Assembly: GCA_964016885.1 (NCBI GenBank)
Contig: OZ024742.1
Span: 114,576,001 to 114,640,000, forward strand
From: Eledone cirrhosa
Lineage: Eukaryota
Length of the DNA stretch: 64,000 nucleotides
Direction of reading: 5' to 3'
The notes beneath the pieces were generated by a model, which was not told the DNA's origin, did not search any database, and saw only the letters and a program-made list of their open reading frames with translations. Positions 24,974 to 39,185 of this stretch are shown in pieces. A program made the position numbers and the translations under genes. Positions within the stretch are counted from its first letter, which is position 1. Every line of letters begins with the position of its first letter.

Positions 24974-25175
24974 TGGGTGGTGGATTAGCAGTATCGATAG
25001 AGAGTTGGACACCATGCTTTGCAGCATAGAGTTACGGTCCTTTATGGTTTGAATTGAAATCCCGGCGAGGTTAACTTTGCTTTTCATGCTTACGGAGTCG
25101 ATAAAATAAAGTACCAGTAATGTACTGAGTAATAGCTGGCCTTTTACCAAAAGTAGAAACAATTATTATTATTAT
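24974..25175 (+). mobile_element. tRNA-head SINE, tandem with the previous copy
   Basis: Same layout, ending in an (ATT)n tail. Confidence 0.85.
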
Positions 25176-25469
25176 TGAACTGCCTTGTTCTGGCACTAAT
25201 GCACTTTTGAAATTCTGTATAGTTGTTTGACAATTATCATACAAGTGTCAGTAAATATATGATTCCCTGAAATCGCGACTGAAACGCCCTTTCCAAAACG
25301 GAACGTATCATTATTTTCGATAATATAAAATTTAGTGAGTTATTTAGTCACAACACAGATGCGTCCGAAGTTTTAGTAGTTATTTATGAAGCTAGTAGTA
25401 ATTGTAGCATGTACGACCTCAGCAAATACGAATATCACATTCAGTAACCCTAAAACAAGGACAACAGAT

Positions 25470-26330
25470 AAACAGTGACAAGAGCATTAAAAACAAATCA
25501 AATAGCAACACAATACGAAGAACAACAACAAAAACAACATCAACAAAAACCTCAAAACTATTTTCAAATTTCACGGAGGAGAACTATTTCCTGCTATTGC
25601 CTCTCAGCGAGCCAACAAACTCATCCAAAGAGAAAAAGAAAAGAAAAAGAAAATCTCTCGGCTTCGCTCTCAAACAAAGGATGAAAGTCTAAAGCCACGA
25701 GGCAAATAATACCAAGATTTCCATCAACATCATTATCATCAGAACCACCATTATCATCAGCAATACAAATACCAACAACTTCCCAAATATAAGGAAACCG
25801 ATATATACAAAAACTTTAAATACAAAGCCAACAAAAAGAAACAAACCGCATGAATTATACGGATGTGAACTCAAACAAGAAATAATTGTTTCTACTTTAG
25901 GCACAAGGCCAGCATTTACCCAGTGCATTACTGGTACTTTATTTTATCGACCCCGTAAGGATGAAAGGCAAAGTCAACCTCGGCGGGATTCAAACAAGAA
26001 ATAATGTATTACATAAAGCTCACCAACGCCACAGGAATATGACACTACCCACATATATACAAATACAAATCCAACTACAAACACACTAAAATATTCAAAA
26101 GACAATCCTTCATTAACGTGATTTGGGTAAGTGATCCTTTGAACTTTTTCCTCCACTTTTTTCGCATGGCCTCGTTCAGGATATGCTGTATAGATGCACG
26201 TGGCATGGTAACTGTTTGAAGCTGGGCTTCTAGCTCAACGACCTCTTGTCACTGAAAATAGGTGTGGTTGTTTTCAAAGAGACCAGAGTTCAAGAGACAT
26301 GACACTTCGCATTCATTTCCCGAAGATACG
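25470..26330 (+). mobile_element. Old Tx1 relic (ORF1 fragments and ORF2 N-terminus) interrupted by a SINE
   Basis: GGTAAGT at the ORF junction, then ATG GCC TCG TTC AGG ATA TGC TGT ATA GAT GCA CGT GGC (MASFRICCIDARG) and LNDLLSLKIGVVVFKETR. Confidence 0.6.
25880..25995 (-). mobile_element. SINE 3' part and core
   Basis: TTTCTACTTTAGGCACAAGGCC...ACTGGTACTTTATTTTATCGACCCCGTAAGGATGAAAGGC. Confidence 0.85.
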
Positions 26331-26787
26331 CCGTACAATATATATATAGAGATGAAATTAAAACATGGTTAAAAAGTTCCATATATTTTATTATGCGCAT
26401 TTCGAAAACAACATCATCGTGGGAAAAAAAAATTGTGTACTCATCATATTAAATAAGGTAACATGACGTGAGGCCTAAAGACAATTGTGAACAAGAAAGT
26501 GTCCAGTCTACATATGACAAAAAATATGAGAGAAGAGAAAAAATAGGAAAAATGAAGAAAAGGAAAGAAGAAGGAAAAAGGAAAAAGAAATAGAATAGAG
26601 GTAAACAGAAAGAAAGGAGAAGAGAGAAAGAGAAAGAGAAAGAGAGAGAGAGAGAGAGAGAGACTTTTGATCGGGAACGCTGTCAAAAATGAAAACAGCT
26701 CTAAATAAAGGGTAAAAATATAAATAAATAAATTGATGAGGTGTATGTGCTTATCTTACAAATATTAGAGATCTAGAATATAGAAAC

Positions 26788-26789
<2 letters not shown>

Positions 26790-26865
<76 letters not shown>
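26790..26865. repeat. (TA)n flanking the PLE pair
   Basis: Pure TA run. Confidence 0.98.
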
Positions 26866-26869
<4 letters not shown>

Positions 26870-26894
26870 TGTCATAAACAACATAAGGCAATTA

Positions 26895-26954
26895 TTCCAT
26901 GTACCAGTGGTTTCTTAAAAGCAAAACGTTTTGCTTTCAATCATCAGAATGAAA
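26895..26954 (-). ncRNA. Type I hammerhead ribozyme
   Basis: TTTCATT-CTGATGA-TTGAAAGCAAAACGTTTTGCTTTTAA-GAAA-CCACTGG-TA-CATGGAA: intact core, GUA triplet, one stem I mismatch. Confidence 0.85.
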
Positions 26955-27259
26955 AACTTCTGGTCTGTTTATTGAATTTTGATTTTAAAAACAAATAATG
27001 CAATCTATATGAAAGTGAGGCTGGAGAAGGAAGAAGGAAAGGAAAAATAAAATAAAAACACACATGCAAACACACACACACACACACAAATGCATACATA
27101 CACACACACATATACACATATACATGTGTATATATATACGCACATACACATACATATACATACACATACATACACACATACATATCAACACATCCATACA
27201 TATACATACATATATACAACTACACACACATATATACACACATATATATATAAATATAA

Positions 27260-27304
<45 letters not shown>

Positions 27305-27738
27305 TTCACATACACATACATAGCCATACACACATACATATACATACATACACACAATCATACCTATATACACACGTACATACATACACATACATAAATG
27401 CATACATATTCATGTACAAAATTAGAAAAATATACACACACCTCTACATATTTACACACGCAAATAAATATAAGAAAAAATATATATAAAAATAAAATAA
27501 TAAAAAGTATTATACAGTTGACAGCGATACAGGCAACGAATAAATGAAAAACACGCGTGGTAAGCAATACACACAAATGCACGTAGACATACATACGTAA
27601 AAATAAATACATACACACACTCTCACACATAAATATACATATACAAATACATAAACACATACATGCACATCCATACATACAAATACGTACATATCACAAA
27701 CATGCACAACCAAATACAAACACACACACACACACACT

Positions 27739-27839
<101 letters not shown>

Positions 27840-27948
27840 GTGTGTGTGTGTGTAAAACTCAATCTTAGATAATTCATATGAACCTTATAAACTCGAAATT
27901 ATACATATACATATGTATAGTAATGTAATAAACAACATAAGGCAATTA

Positions 27949-28008
27949 TTCCATTCACCAATGGTTTCTTAAAAGCAAAAAATGTTTGCCTTCAATCATC
28001 AGAATGAA
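27949..28008 (-). ncRNA. Type I hammerhead ribozyme, GUG triplet (probably non-cleaving)
   Basis: CATT-CTGATGA-TTGAAGGCAAA..TTGCTTTTAA-GAAA-CCATTGG-TG-AATGGAA. Confidence 0.75.
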
Positions 28009-28259
28009 AAAAACCTGGTCTATATATATCTATATATCCACACACATATACATATATATATATATACACATACATACACATACATTTTGGTTTGTGAAGG
28101 GCAAGGCAAGTAAAATATATGGGGGGAAGGAGGGGAGAAAAATGACATAGGAAAAGGTGAAATATAATGGGAGATAAGGGAGAAAAAGAATACAAGAGTA
28201 CAGAACGTGGATTCAGCAGGTAAAAAAACCGTAGTAGAAGTAAAGAGCAGAGAGGGACT

Positions 28260-30372
28260 TCAAGGCGGTTGAGTTATCATAGGGATGTCAATCCAGTTAT
28301 ATATCAGATGTGGTTTCAGATGAGGACAACATCTGAAGATCTCGGTCTTTGAGTTTAGGCAAGCAGAAGCGGCTCTCAAGTTTAGCAAAATCCTATATTT
28401 TTCTGTGGTACACAAAGAACAATTCTTTGTGCCCCTTTGGTACTCCCTCGATTGGTCTAAGATAGACCAATCGATAGAGTACGGGATGTTACTATCCTTG
28501 AATTCCCACACCTTACTTGCGAGGGCCGTTGTTGTTCGTTATCGAAGTGCTTAAAAGAAGCCACATGTGAGTAAAATCTGGTTTGAAACCTGTCCTGGAT
28601 CATGCCGACATATCGCTCACTCCTGGCTTGCTGGTTGTTGATTAACGGTGTTATCTTAGCCTCATAAACAACAGATTTGGTGTTACATTTAGCTTTCAAT
28701 GGGCATTCATCCGGCTTCCTGCAACTGCATCCTGGATTTGTTCTCGTATGATTTGAACTAGTGATCTTGGACTTCATATATGGGCAACAAGAGTAACTGA
28801 TCTTAACTACGTTCCTATTAAATATCTTATGATATCTATGATTAGGAGGAACATGTTTGTCTAAGAGTTCAAGGAATTTCCTTCCTACTTTAGTTTTGAC
28901 AGTTAGAGAGAAGGGGGGATGAACCAAATAATTTTCCTTCTCTTGTTATTGTGGTTAGTTTTAGGGAGGGGGGAGTAGGTAAATGAAAAAATGTTTCTGT
29001 AAAACCGCTGTTCTTAAGGGCTTTATTATAATAAGGGACGGCTTTATTAAAAATGTCTATAGACGAAGATAAGGTAGAAATCTTACGGCTAATGTTGGGA
29101 ATAAGATTATTTAAAACTATAAGGGTATGGCAAGACACTTTGTGTATATACCTAAGATTTTCATTAGATTTATGATAAGTTTTAAAAGAGGCGGTAAGTA
29201 GATTAAGATTAATATCAAGAAAGTTAGCATTGGTAAGGTTCGTATCTATAGTGATTTTAAGGTTAAGATTAGCAAAAGTATTGATTAAATCTTTACGGAA
29301 TTTATCAAGGTTATGGCCGTTGGTGGTATGAGAAACTGCCAATCCGTCATCACGGTATAAACCGATATTATGGGAAGGAAATTTCTCTTTGAGGGTGTGG
29401 AGAAGGAATAATCCTACTAAGTCACACACATCCGCACTGTCATATGAACCCATTGCAACATCAAAAGAGTTTTCAGAGTTTGACTTTTTAACCCAAATAT
29501 TTTCATTAGTAAAGAGTAAAGTTTTTCTAACATGAAAGATAATGTCTTCTTCTAATTTAGAAATATTAATGAAGGGTCTTGCAAAATCTAAGGCATTAGT
29601 TAATAAGGAAACAGTAATAGAGGGGTAAAAATCAACAATATCAAATTGGGTAAATCTACACTTATTTTTAACTTGTATATTATTAAACCAAGAAATAACA
29701 GAGGAAGTATTTAGCCACTGCGATAGGTCAGTGTTAGTTCTAATTTGGAGAATTATTTTTCTTAAGATTTTTTTACTTGCAAGGCTAACTTCGGATTTAG
29801 CCGGTTTAATCAGTCTACAACTAGGTCGATCAGTAAAGTCCAATTTATTGTCTTTAAGGGTAATATATACTTTACGCTTAGCTAGGCTTTCAATCCGGTT
29901 GTCTATTTTTAAAGAACTTGCTAGTTCTTTAGCTTCTTTATTGTAGGTATTATTATTAGTTAATTGATATATGTTGGTGATACTATTAGTTCAAAGTTGG
30001 TTATACAAAGTACTATTAACTTCAAATAGATTTTTAGTTTTATCAGAAAGAACAAAGGTGTTTGTAGAATTTCTAAAATTAGAAATATCGTTAGACAGTT
30101 TAGTTTGAAAGTTAACGAAATTTTATATCACTAATTAGATTAACAAGGTGTAATTCGGAGTTGGCCATGTCTTTAATTCTAGGTGGATTTTTACGGGATT
30201 TTATGTCAAAACAATCATTAGTATCAGCACGGAATTGTCCATCGTAAACCATTGCCTTCCATCTCATTCTTTTAATGACTTGTTCGATTTTATCTATAAG
30301 CATTTTGGTATAAGTTGTGTTGGAAGGAATAGGTATATTTTTGATTGAATAATCCAATTCATAAAGGGCCAT
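28260..30372 (-). pseudogene. PLE polyprotein pseudogene (RT, Cys linker, GIY-YIG endonuclease)
   Basis: YSIKNIPIPS...RMRWKA N-terminus; QFDIVDFYPSI, MGSYDSADVCDLVG, GLYRDDG, NFLDINL; CSCR..CPL..C linker; VVYEAKI...RYVGM; CSLC..EK...LN.K.E..CCPH. A few stops and frameshifts. Confidence 0.92.
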
Positions 30373-32279
30373 GGTGTATGTTGGTTAAATTCCTGAAAAC
30401 TGTAGAGTGCTCAACTAATCAGGCTGGAAAGTGCCAGTCGTATATGTAATATAGAATATGCTTCAATCAATCCCGGTTGGAGCTGTATAAATGAAGTAAT
30501 TCCGTCGGAAAAGCCCAGGAAAAAAGAGTGCTCAATGTAGGTAACATAGCTTAATAGTTATGTAATAAAAATCTTAAGAAAAATAATTCTCCAAATTAGA
30601 ACTAACACTGACCTATCACAGTGGCCAAATACTTCCTCTGTTATTTCTTGGTTTAAAGTAAAAATAAGTGTAGATTTACAAAGTAAAAATAAGTGTAGAT
30701 TTACCCAATTTGATAGTGTTGATTTTTACCCCTCTATTACTGTTTCCTTATTAACTAATGCCTTAGATTTTGCAAGACCCTTCATTAATATTTCTGAATT
30801 AGAAGAAGACATTATCTTTCATGTTAGAACAACTTTACTCTTTACTAATGAAAATATTGGGTTAAAAAGTCAAACACTGAAAACTCTTTTGATATTGCAA
30901 TGGGTTCATATGACAGTGCGGATGTGTGTGACTTAGTAGGATTATTCCTTCTCCACACCCTCAAAGAGAAATTTCCTTCCCATAATATCGGTTTATACCG
31001 TGATGACGGATTGGCAGTTTCTCATACCACCGACGGCCATAACCTTGATAATTTCCGTAAAGATTTAATCAATACTTTTGCTAAAATCACTATAGAACCT
31101 TAAAATCACTATAGAACCTTACCAATGCTTACCAATGCTAACTTTCTTGATATTAATCTTGATCTACTTACCGCCTCTTTTAAACCTTATCATAAACCTA
31201 ATGAAAATCTTATGTATATACACAAAGAGTCTTGCCATCCCCCTATAGTTTTTAATAATCTTATTCCCAACATTAACCGTATGATTTCTACCTTATCTTC
31301 GTCTATAATAGAGCCCTTAAGAACAGCGGTGTTACAGAAATGTTGTTTTATTTACTTACCGCCCCCCCCCCTAAACTAACCACAATAACAGGAAAGGGAA
31401 AATGATTTGGTTCACACCCCCTTCTCTCTAACTGTCAAAACTAATGTAGGAAGGAAATTCCTTGAACACTTAGACAAACATTTTCCTCCTAATCATAGAT
31501 AATATAAAATATTTAATAGGAACGTAGTTAAGATCAGTTACTCTTGTTGCCCATCTATGAAGTCCAAGATTACTAGTTCAAATCATACGAGAACAAATCC
31601 AGGATGCAGTTGCAGGAAGCCGGATGAATGCCCATTGCTGGGTAAATGTAACACCAAATCTGGTGTTTATGAGGCTAAAATAACACAGTTAATCAACAAC
31701 CAGCCAGCCAGGAGTGAGCGATATGTCGGCATGACCCAGGACAGGTTTCAAACCAGGTTTTACTCACATGTCGCTTCTTTTAAGCACTCCGATAAACGAA
31801 CAACAACGGCCCTCGCAAGTAAGGTGTGGGAATTCAAGGATAGTAACATCCCGTACTCTATCGATTGGTCTATCATAGACCATTCGAGAGAGTACCAAAG
31901 AGGCACAAAGAATTGTTCTTTGTGTACCACAGAAAAATATAGGATTTTGCTAATCTTGAGAGCCACTTCTGCTTGCCTAAACTCAAAGACCGAGATCTTC
32001 AGATGTTGTCCTCATCTGAAAGGACATCTGATCTGTAACTGGATTGACATCCCTATGATAACTCAATCGCCTTGAACTCCTTCTCTGCTCTTTACTTCTA
32101 CTACGTTTTTTTACCTGCTGAATCCACGTTCTGTACTCTTGTATTATTTTTCTCCCTTATCTCCCATTATATTTCACCTTTTCCTATGTCATTTTCCCCC
32201 CTCCCCCCCATATATTTGTTTGTTGCATTACCCTTCACATACCAAAATGTATGTGTATGTATGTGTATGTGTATATATA

Positions 32280-32334
<55 letters not shown>

Positions 32335-32508
32335 GTTATTCCGGGTTGAATCGGAGGTAACCACACATATATATATATATATTTATTAAAATAACAGATT
32401 AAAGTTTAAGCAAAGAATCGCTGCTTACACACTTAACGGGATCTTCTTATTGACCCCTCTTTGGATTTTAGTCTTCAATTTTATTATTATTACTATTATT
32501 ATTATTAT

Positions 32509-32571
<63 letters not shown>

Positions 32572-32589
32572 TAGATAGACCAGGTTTTC

Positions 32590-32649
32590 TTCATTCCGAT
32601 GATTGAAGGCAAACATTATTTTCTTTTAAGAAACCACTGGTGAATGGAA
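32590..32649 (+). ncRNA. Degenerate hammerhead ribozyme
   Basis: CCGATGA core and GUG triplet; mirror of 27949-28008. Confidence 0.6.
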
Positions 32650-33700
32650 TAATTGCATTATGTTGTTATTTACATTACTATATATATGTATACGTATATT
32701 TTGTAGTTATATAAGGTTCATACGAATTTTCTAAGATTGAGTTTTACACACACACACACATATATATATATATATGTGTGTTTGTATTTGGTTGTGCGTG
32801 TTTGTGATATGTACGTATTTGTATGTGTATAATTGTATAGCTATGTATGTATGTGTGTGTGTATATATATATATATATGTGTGTATATGTGTATGTGAAT
32901 TTATATATATATATATATATGTGTGTATGTATATGTGTGTGTATATACGTATATGTGTATGCGTATGTATGTGTTTATGTATTTGTATATGTATATTTAT
33001 GTGTGAGAGTGTGTGTATGTATATATTTTACGTATGTTTATGTACGTGCATTTGTCTGTATTGCTTACCACGCGTGTGTGTTCATTTATTCGTTGCCTGT
33101 ATCGCTGTCAACTGTATAATCGTTTTTATTATTTTATTTTTTATATACATATTTTTGTTATATTTATTTGCGTGTGTGAATATGTAGAGGTGTGTGTATA
33201 TTTTTCTAATTGTGTACATGCATATGTATGCATGTATGTATGTGTATGTATGTACGTGTGTACATAGGTATGATTGTGTGTATGTATGTATGTATATGTA
33301 TGTGTGTATGACTATGTATGTGTATGTGTATGCATATATATATATATTTATGTATATATATTTATATTTATATATATATATATGTGTATATATGTGTGTG
33401 TGGTTGTATATATGTATGCGTATGTATAGATGTGTTGATATTTATATGTGTATGTATGTATGTGTATATGTATGTGTATGTGTGTATATATATACACATA
33501 TATATGTGTATATGTGTATGCATGAGTGTATGTATATATATATATATATATATGTGTGTATGCATGCATTTGTGTGTGTGTGTGTTTGCATGTGTGTTTT
33601 TATTTTATTTTTCCTCTCCTTCTTCCTTCTCCAGCCTCACTTTCATATAGATTGCATTTTTGATTTTAAGATCCAAATTCAATAAACAGAGCAGGTTTGT

Positions 33701-33759
33701 TTTCATTCTGATGATTGAAAGCAAATGTTTTGCTTTTAAGAAACCACTGGTAAATGGAA
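33701..33759 (+). ncRNA. Type I hammerhead ribozyme, canonical
   Basis: TTTCATT-CTGATGA-TTGAAAGCAAA/TTTGCTTTTAA-GAAA-CCACTGG-TA-AATGGAA; all three stems pair. Confidence 0.9.
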
Positions 33760-33861
33760 TAATTGCCTTATGTTGTTTATTACATAACTATTAAGCTCTG
33801 TTACCTACATAGAGCACTCTTATTTCCTGGACTTTTCCGACGGAATTACATCATTCACACT

Positions 33862-34040
<179 letters not shown>

Positions 34041-34064
34041 GAGATTTTTTTTTACAAAATGAAA

Positions 34065-34374
34065 AATAACCGAGGTGTCCTACACGAGTGAAAGTATAAA
34101 GAAAAAGACATGAAATCGAAAATGCAACTGGAGTCTTATTTTTTTTTTAAATATATATATATTTATTTGGTTCCTTTACCGGTTTCGCAGTTCTTCTGCT
34201 TTTGAAAAGGTGAGTTGAGATGGAGGGTCTCTGGAGAAAAACCACAGGCCCTCCATCTCAACTCACCTTTTGAAAAGCAGAAGAACAGCTAAACCGGTAA
34301 TGGAACCAAATAAATATATATATATTTAAAAAAAAAATAAGACTCCTGTTCCATTTTCGATTTCATCTCTTTTT

Positions 34375-34380
<6 letters not shown>
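34065..34380. repeat. Fold-back element with arms of about 140 bp; third copy at 34988-35150
   Basis: 34094-34230 is the reverse complement of 34245-34380; a direct copy of the left arm starts at 34988. Confidence 0.85.
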
Positions 34381-34429
<49 letters not shown>

Positions 34430-34434
34430 AATTA

Positions 34435-34780
34435 TATCTATAAATTTCCGGTTGATTGGTTCGTTCCACAACCGGACGGTTGTTCATAAAATGTCAACGT
34501 TCTTTCCTCACACATTATGTGACCCCATCGCTGACTGGTGATTATTTTCTTTGTTTTGTGCCTCTCCTTTGATCTGCCCTACGTCATCTTGTTTTTGTAT
34601 GTGTTGTGTGCCTAGTTTGCACATGTGTTATATCCGGGTGTCTGTGTGTGTTTTTATTTGTTTATTTATTTGTTTATTTAAATGTTACTGGTTGGTTGTT
34701 TGTTCTATGTGTCTGTGTGTTTTCATTTTGTCCTTAATTGTAAGTTGTGATGTTGCTGTTCCATTCATGTTTTCTATTTC
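34435..34780 (-). mobile_element. Solo 3' UTR/pLTR fragment of the second PLE family
   Basis: Colinear with 38565-38900 and the reverse complement of 40670-41000. Confidence 0.85.
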
Positions 34781-35185
34781 ATAATATATATGTGACTATA
34801 ACGTCAAAATGGCAAATATTTAACGTAAGATATTGGAAAATAATTCAGACTCAATTAAAAAAAAACAAATCAAGATAGAGATTTTATCCACAGAATTAGT
34901 GAAATTTGTAAAAACTACATATATATATATATTATGAAATACTGTTGGCTTCTTGCTCACAATAATTTCTATATTTTCATATATAATCAAAATGAAAAAT
35001 AACCGAGGTGTCCTACACGAGTGAAAGTATAAAGAAAAAGAGATGAAATCGAAAATGCAACTGGAGTCTTATTTTTTTTTTAAATATATTTATTTATTTG
35101 GTTCCTTGACCGGTTTCGCAGTTCTTCTGCTTTTCAAAAGGAGGGTCTGTGGTTTTTCTCACATCTTCTTTATATATATATATAT

Positions 35186-35267
<82 letters not shown>

Positions 35268-35405
35268 ATGTTGGTTGTATACCAACACCTAAGTATGCAG
35301 ATTGGAGCACTCAACAAAGTGCGCAGGTTGGTTTGGTTACTCCGGAGTAATGTAAAATAAAATAAAATAAATAAGTCAAATGTTTAAAATGTGGCTTCAT
35401 TTATT

Positions 35406-35460
35406 ACTGCTATATATATTTCGGTGACAGCCATCTTTGGCTGTGACCTCTTCAGGCAGT
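35406..35460 (-). ncRNA. Minimal type I hammerhead ribozyme (mirror copy)
   Basis: Reverse complement of 35778-35832. Confidence 0.88.
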
Positions 35461-35777
35461 CCGAATTGGTGTGGTAGAGACGGGTACACATGTTGTTGAG
35501 GTGTTTAACTTTGTCAATACTCTGATATGCCCCGTTCCTGGTTGGTTGTTGTTTCACTGAGGAACTGGAATCATATGAATTTAAAGGACATCTTCTCCTC
35601 TCATTCAACCAATGAGAGGAGAAGATGCCCTTTGACGCTGAAATTTGTTTGTTTAAATTCATATGATTCCAGCACCACAGTGAAACAACAACCCAACCAG
35701 AAACTGGGCATATCAGAGTATTGACAAAGTTAAACACCTCAACAGCATGTGTACTCCTCTCTACCACACTAATTCGG

Positions 35778-35832
35778 ACTGCCTGAAGAGGTCACAGCCA
35801 AAGATGGCTGTCACCGAAATATATATAGCAGT
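35778..35832 (+). ncRNA. Minimal type I hammerhead ribozyme
   Basis: ACTGC-CTGAAGA-GGTCACAGCC AAAGAT GGCTGTCACC-GAAA-TATATA-TA-GCAGT. Confidence 0.88.
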
Positions 35833-35878
35833 AATAAACGAAGCCACATTTTAAACATTTGAATTATTTATTTTATTT

Positions 35879-35965
<87 letters not shown>

Positions 35966-37403
35966 TTTCACTTATTTCTGCTTGTAATCTAATTTTGATA
36001 TGAACAGATAGTATCTATCTTCGAGTAGATCACCTGATCTGTGCAATTAGTTGTTTTAGACATTTACTCATTTCAGTATTTGTGTCTTACTTATAATGCC
36101 CTGTTTCACTTTCATATCTTTATATTTCTTGAATTATTTTCTATTTTACGAAGCTAATTCATTTTTTCTCTTTATATTAATATTGATAAGTGCTTTCTGC
36201 TTTGGTTTGTGTGTTTTCGTATATGTGTTTTCTATATATATTTACCATTTCCTTTGCTACTCCTCTCTTTATCTCTCATTATCTATATTATTTTCTTGCT
36301 GTTTATATAATGCTACTCTATCCTTGCATACTATATGTGAATGTTACTGATTATATTTATTCCATCATTTAAGTTATGGAGAATTAGTTGTATTGTATAA
36401 ATTACTTATTTTTTTCTCTTGTGATTGCTATTTTTGTATTACTCCTTTTTATGACATGATACGTTTTCGTTCATTTTTCCGTAACTCCTGTATATTTACC
36501 CAAGTTCTCTTTGTACATTACTTACTATGCTATTGATTTATATAAATAAATATGATTGTATTCAGTTTATAAGAGAGACTTTTTGATATGATGAATATAT
36601 GACTGCTATTTGCTACAGGTCGACCGTTCGGTTGAATGCAGGATTTACACCATGTTTTCAAGTTCTTCATTTAGATATTCTGAGAATGGTTTGTTTCTTG
36701 GTAACACATCGTACATATGAGGAAATATTTGTATTTATTCTAGGCATGAAATTTGATTGTTTGTTCCTCATCTAGGCATTGTTAGAGCTGTTGTTTCTTC
36801 CCAAACTAGAATATTCATAAGGGCTACTTCCTAATGAAATTATGATAAGAGTGTCCAACGTATGCTTTTTCTAAGATAGAATGTTGTGAATTGATGTAGA
36901 ATTGCGCCGTTGTAACTAGATGATAGAGAGACGGCTTTACGGGAATGCAATTTCTGTGAATATAGATTCAATGAGAATGGGAATGCAATTTCTGTGAATA
37001 TAGATTCAATATTTTGTCAAATGAGCCACACAATATATTCAGTACAGAAAGCCACTCGCTAGTAGATATAACACCAATAGTTCCAGAAAATGAAAACCTA
37101 CCCTGGTTAGGAGGATGATATATGAGATCATATTCCCTAATATTCTATTTGACACATCATTCATGAAAATGAAACGGAGTGTCCATGTATATATGTCGTT
37201 TTATAATGTTCGAAAAATAATGGAGGCAATAAAACAATGTATCATGCTCAGGATATTTACGCTATCTACAAGACGAGCAATCACGAATATCTCAAATAAC
37301 GCACTTTCATCTTTAAAATGACGCTGGATTCTTATAGAATTCCACTAATTTTAATAACAGATTAAACGCAGCGGTTGTCGATCCAGCAACAATTAGGTAT
37401 TAG

Positions 37404-37854
<451 letters not shown>

Positions 37855-38460
37855 TGAGAGTGAGAGAGAGAGTATGAATTGAAATTGTAGCCGCCATATA
37901 GCAGGTATTAATTGAGTTGTTTGAGGAAATCACAAAGCCCTCATTTGATTGAGAGACTAAACATTATTGTCTAGAGTAAAACACATCAGTTAGAAGGTGT
38001 CACACCAAGACGAAAGGCCGAATACAGTGGCCATAATTATACATCGGCAATGATAAGTGAAAAAAGGCTTGAAGACTTAGTTATATCCGAAGTTGCATAA
38101 TGCATATGCAAAATATGCGTGTATTTGAATGTCCGGTCTTCTGCATATTTTGTTCCCTTTTATCCGTCCAAAATTCGCTCTGATGACTTAGGCATTTAAC
38201 TATAGTAGTATATTGTCTGTGTCATACAGGTGACCTTTGTGAAAAGAAGACGTCAACATGGTCAAAAACTCTGGTGGTATTTCAGCAAGTGAGAAAAAAG
38301 AGATACTCACGGGTTCGACAAATCTTTTCACAAGCGTTTGGAAACAAATCTATCTAACATATTATCGATCGTATAAAAGAAGTTATATATATATATATAT
38401 GGATATCGTTTCGGAATTTGTTTAGCACTATTCTTTATCTGAAAACGTGTGTTGAAACCG

Positions 38461-39185
38461 ATATTGTTATACTTCGGGAGGGTCATGTTGCCAATAGGAA
38501 ACACACGCACCACTGCATTTAATTCAATTTATTGTAAATTAAATTATGAATTAAAAAAATGTATATCTATAAATTTTCGGTTGGTTCGTTCGTTCCACAA
38601 CCGGACGGTTGTTCATATAATGTCAAAGTTCTTTCGTCACACATTATGAGATATCATCACTGACTGGGGATTCGTTTCTTTGTTTTGTGTCTCTCCTTTG
38701 ATCTGTCCTACGCCATCTCGTTTTTGTGTGTGTTGTGTGCTTAGTTTGCGCATGTGTTATATCCGGGTGTATGTGTGTGTTTTTATTTGTTTATTTATTT
38801 GTTTATTTACATGTTACTGGTTAGTTGTTTGTTCTATGTGTGTGTGTTTTCATTATTTCCTTAATTGTAAGTTGTGATGTTGCTATTCCATTCATGTTTT
38901 CTACTTAATTTTGGTTGGAGTTCATTTATGTTTATTGCCTCTGTAATTTGTCTAAACATTGCGGCTTTTCTGTGTGTAGATTTTATTTTTATTTCTATGT
39001 TCTCTAATTTACCCTTATGTTCTATTTTAGCATGTTGGTGGAGTACTGATGAGTCTTTTCTATTTTGGAGTTCTCGCTTGTGATCATTTAATCGTTCTCC
39101 TATGCTGCGAGCTGTCTCACCTATGTACATTATATTCTTATCTTTACATTGTCCCTCAGTACATCTTATGCTATATACCACATAA
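38461..39185 (-). mobile_element. Inverted 3' portion (GIY-YIG and 3' UTR) of the second PLE
   Basis: ORF 39181-38861 VYSIRC...YIGETARSIGERLNDH...RQITEAININELQPKLS; reverse complement of about 40400-41107. Confidence 0.88.

Larger units (their letters stand above)
30567..33860 (+). mobile_element. Second, 5'-truncated copy of the same PLE, inverted relative to the first
   Basis: Begins at the equivalent of about 29770 of the left copy. ORF pieces 30900-32075; the 3' region mirrors 26867-28260; 33780-33858 reads on into the element's 5' sequence (reverse complement of 30491-30568). Confidence 0.9.
35353..35885. mobile_element. Non-coding fold-back element with one HHR in each arm
   Basis: Arms of about 255 bp inverted around about 35608; HHRs at 35406-35460 (-) and 35778-35832 (+). 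Confidence 0.88.

Noticed and set aside
28260-32075. Selenoprotein-type Naiad (in-frame UGA plus SECIS)
   Set aside because: The conserved Cys positions are ordinary Cys codons in both copies, the first internal stop (30112) is TAA, and I could not identify a SECIS.
36600-37330. Possible very old PLE RT/EN remnant on the minus strand (FLELLV, KAYVGHS)
   Set aside because: Motifs too short and frames too broken to support a call.
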